A stretch of 64,000 nucleotides of DNA from Octopus sinensis (taxonomy: Eukaryota). Positions 61,138-64,000 of this stretch are shown one piece after another; positions within the stretch are counted from its first letter, which is position 1, and every line of letters starts with the position of its first letter. The stretch lies in assembly GCF_006345805.1 (NCBI RefSeq), contig NC_043001.1:17112001-17176000 (forward strand), in the 5' to 3' direction. The translations under genes and the position numbers were made by a program. A model generated the notes under the pieces. It worked only from the letters and a program-made list of their open reading frames with translations. It made no database searches and was not told the DNA's origin.

Positions 61138-61525
61138 GGCGACGAGCTAGCAGAAACGTTAGCATCCCGGGCGAAACGCTGAGCAGTATTTCGTCTGTCT
61201 TTACGTTCTGAGTTCAAATTCCGCCGAGGTCGACTTTGCTTTTCAGCCTTTTGGGGGTCGATAAATTAAGTACCAGTTACGCACTGGGGTCGATATAATC
61301 GACTTAATCCGTTTGTCTGTCCTTGTTTGTCCTCTCTGTGTTTAGCCGCCTGTGGGTATTTTAAAAATAGGTATTTCGGCTGTCGCTACGTTCTGAGTTC
61401 AAGTTCCACCGAGGTCGACTTTTCCTTTTATCCTTTCGGTGACGATAAATCAAGTACCAGTTGTGTACTGGGGTCGATCTAATCGACTGGCCCCTTCCTC
61501 CAACATTTCGAGCCTTGTGCCTAGA
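61138..61525 (+). mobile_element. SINE A dimer (second unit with short tail)
   Basis: Consensus match, junction AAATA|GGTATTTCG. Confidence 0.85.
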
Positions 61526-62453
61526 GCAGAAAAGATTATTCTATCATGTAGCCATAACTCATTTTCGACAAACAGCCAAAGGTTATTTATAGTCAGAATT
61601 GGAACCGAAAGTTTTCGTACTTTAATTTCTAATTCAAAATTGTTTTCCTATTTTAAATATATTTTTGTACGGTTCACATGTCATAGCATTTTACTCTTTT
61701 ACTCTGCCTTAGTCTCGTAGAATACTTCTGCTGCAGAAAAAATGCTTACTGATCAGTATAAATCGTATTGTGAAAATCAGGTCCAGCTAGATTTAACTTC
61801 TTGTTTTTATAATTATTAAAAATATAAGTTTTCTCCTCATTTACGTAACTTATAGAAGGAAGGTTGACCCTAATAAAATTTAAGTATTCAATATGGTGGC
61901 TTCATATTTTTTTCATCATTTGTAGACACTCGTTTCAATATATTTAGAGCTCACTGTTACAGCTCAGAGTCAATATATTCTTAGTAAGTTTACGTCATGG
62001 TCAAGTCTTTCGGAATTATATAAAAATGATATGAATACAAGAAAAATGAAATAGAAGAGCGAACACAAATAATCTTGTCATGTGACTATATGCCTTTAAT
62101 AACATTCAAATGTTTTCATCGGGTGGAGATAATTTAAGACGGTAAGTTTTTCCTTCATGTTGATGAAAAGAACATCCGTTTTGCGGTAGAATCATTGTAG
62201 ATGTTTTTTATTAGATACTAAATAGAATGTGTACAGAACTTAATGGGGCCCTTTTATTAGTTGTGACATATGCTAGTTCAGGCCCATAAACCAAGAGCAA
62301 TTATATTATGCGTGTAACTCTGTGAGGTCAATGAACGCAGCGATTTAGTGTGTAGATTATAGCTGAAAAAAAAAAGACTTCACAAGTGAAAATAAAACTG
62401 AAACTAATTCAAATGAAATAAGCCAAAATGGAATCAAATAAAAAGTAAAACAA

Positions 62454-62454
<1 letters not shown>

Positions 62455-62486
<32 letters not shown>

Positions 62487-62575
62487 CGTGTGTGTAAATA
62501 TATATATATATATATGTATATACATACATATATATACATATATCTATATACATATATGCATATATATATACCTAC

Positions 62576-62614
<39 letters not shown>

Positions 62615-62686
62615 CATACATATATATATATATGCATACATATATATATATATATATATATACATACATATATATATATATACATA

Positions 62687-62759
<73 letters not shown>

Positions 62760-63025
62760 TATAAATACATGCATACATATGTATGTCATTATTCAGTTTT
62801 ATTTCAAGATTTCTTGCCAATAAAGAGTCGGTTTCTGACATAGATTCAAGGCTCCTTCATTGGAATTTTAATATCAACAACAGGGTATTTTTGTATGTAT
62901 GTATATGTATGTATCTTTGTTTGCATGTATGTATGTATGTATGTATGTATGTATGTATGTATGTATGTATGTATGTATGTATGTATGTATGTATGTATGT
63001 ATGTATATGTGTGTGTATGTACGTA
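62455..63025. repeat. (TA/CATA)n and (TGTA)n microsatellites
   Basis: Direct reading. Confidence 0.95.
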
Positions 63026-63539
63026 TATCTTGTAGAATAAAATATAACAATGTACTAAAAGGGGAATAAAATAAAAAGGCTATTAGAATTACAAAGTTAC
63101 AAAAATTAGAAAAAACTTTTAGTATTTTTCATGAATTAGTACCGCAAAAATTTCAGTAAGAACACAAAAAAAAGCTAAGTTTCACGCCAAATTTCGTATT
63201 ACAATTAGCCAATATTTATGCTAGGAACTTACTATATTACCAGCAACAAGTTCTCTCTTCACATGTACATGCACCAATCCCACAAGATGCCTTAGGCTTA
63301 ATGATTCAAATGATTCAATGATTCAAAGTCTCCCTTGACCTCAAGTGGCCTGAACTCTTTACATGAACACTACCCTGTACTTAACTCCATGTCCCCCTTT
63401 ATGGCCTTGCTTTTTGCTTTTGAGCCAGAAAATTAACTAACTAGCTAACTAACATTTCCTCTCAAAATTTGCCGTGTATTGTGCCAATGTTTTCACCGAT
63501 AAGAACCATACACCAAAGAGTTAAGTGAGATTAATATGT

Positions 63540-63698
63540 AGCAACGGGCTTCTTTCAGTTTCCGTCTACCAAATTCACCCACAAGGCTTTGGTTGGCCTG
63601 AGGCAATAGTAGAAGACACTTGCCCAAGGTGCCACGCAGTAGGACTGAACCCGGAACCATGTGGTCGGTTAGCAAGCTAGTTACCACACAGCCACTCC
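63540..63698 (-). mobile_element. SINE B head half
   Basis: Reverse complement of the family B 5' block. Confidence 0.85.
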
Positions 63699-64000
63699 TA
63701 TATATATAGCTTACAGTCCCGCGAAGGTAAGATCGGCAAAAAAAGTACTTCATCTGGTGAGAGACAAGTATTGTGTAATAAACACAACATTTATTTTTAT
63801 GATCTGCTAACAGTTTCTTGCTAAAACAGGACGATCTGTTTTAGCTTGTATATGCCATATGAACAAAGCCAGAAGATTGCATGAAGGCACCAGCCATGTT
63901 ATAAGAATGCTGTCTGAATCGTTTTCCTTGAATCAAACTATTAATCTATAATATAAATTGGACATGGGCGATCGTTGTACTCTTTCTTGTCTTGAGGTTC

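Noticed and set aside
62090-62150. GACG|GTAAGT consensus splice donor
   Set aside because: No credible acceptor or open frame upstream; such hexamers occur by chance.

Overview
This is 64 kb of AT-rich, repeat-saturated animal genomic DNA. It is most likely from an octopus or other coleoid cephalopod; that is an inference from the SINE families and microsatellite load, not a verified assignment. No host protein-coding gene is supported. Nearly all ORFs in the supplied track come from microsatellites or SINEs. There is one 100-N gap (1190-1289). Contents: (i) dozens of copies of four tRNA-derived SINE families (A-D). (ii) Penelope-like retroelements (PLEs): a near-complete RT + GIY-YIG element at 49253-51746 inside a 1.6-kb inverted pseudo-LTR duplication, a decayed KDHK/YRDD-type element at 20540-22880, and two RT fragments. 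(iii) An ORF1-only zinc-knuckle retroelement whose 3' end matches the SINE A tail. (iv) CR1-like and Dong/R4-like LINE tails. (v) Several Tc1/mariner remnants, including a full-length DD37D maT with both TIRs. (vi) Helitron-type non-autonomous elements and a TTAGGG-carrying MITE with 8-bp TSDs. The most striking signal is about 13 type I hammerhead-ribozyme motifs found by eye. The core 3-8 pair occurs as C-G, U-A, A-U and U.G. Two motifs sit in related ~352-354-bp circularly permuted units that look like retrozyme (circular RNA-derived) elements. All structures were folded by inspection; no searches or folding programs were run.
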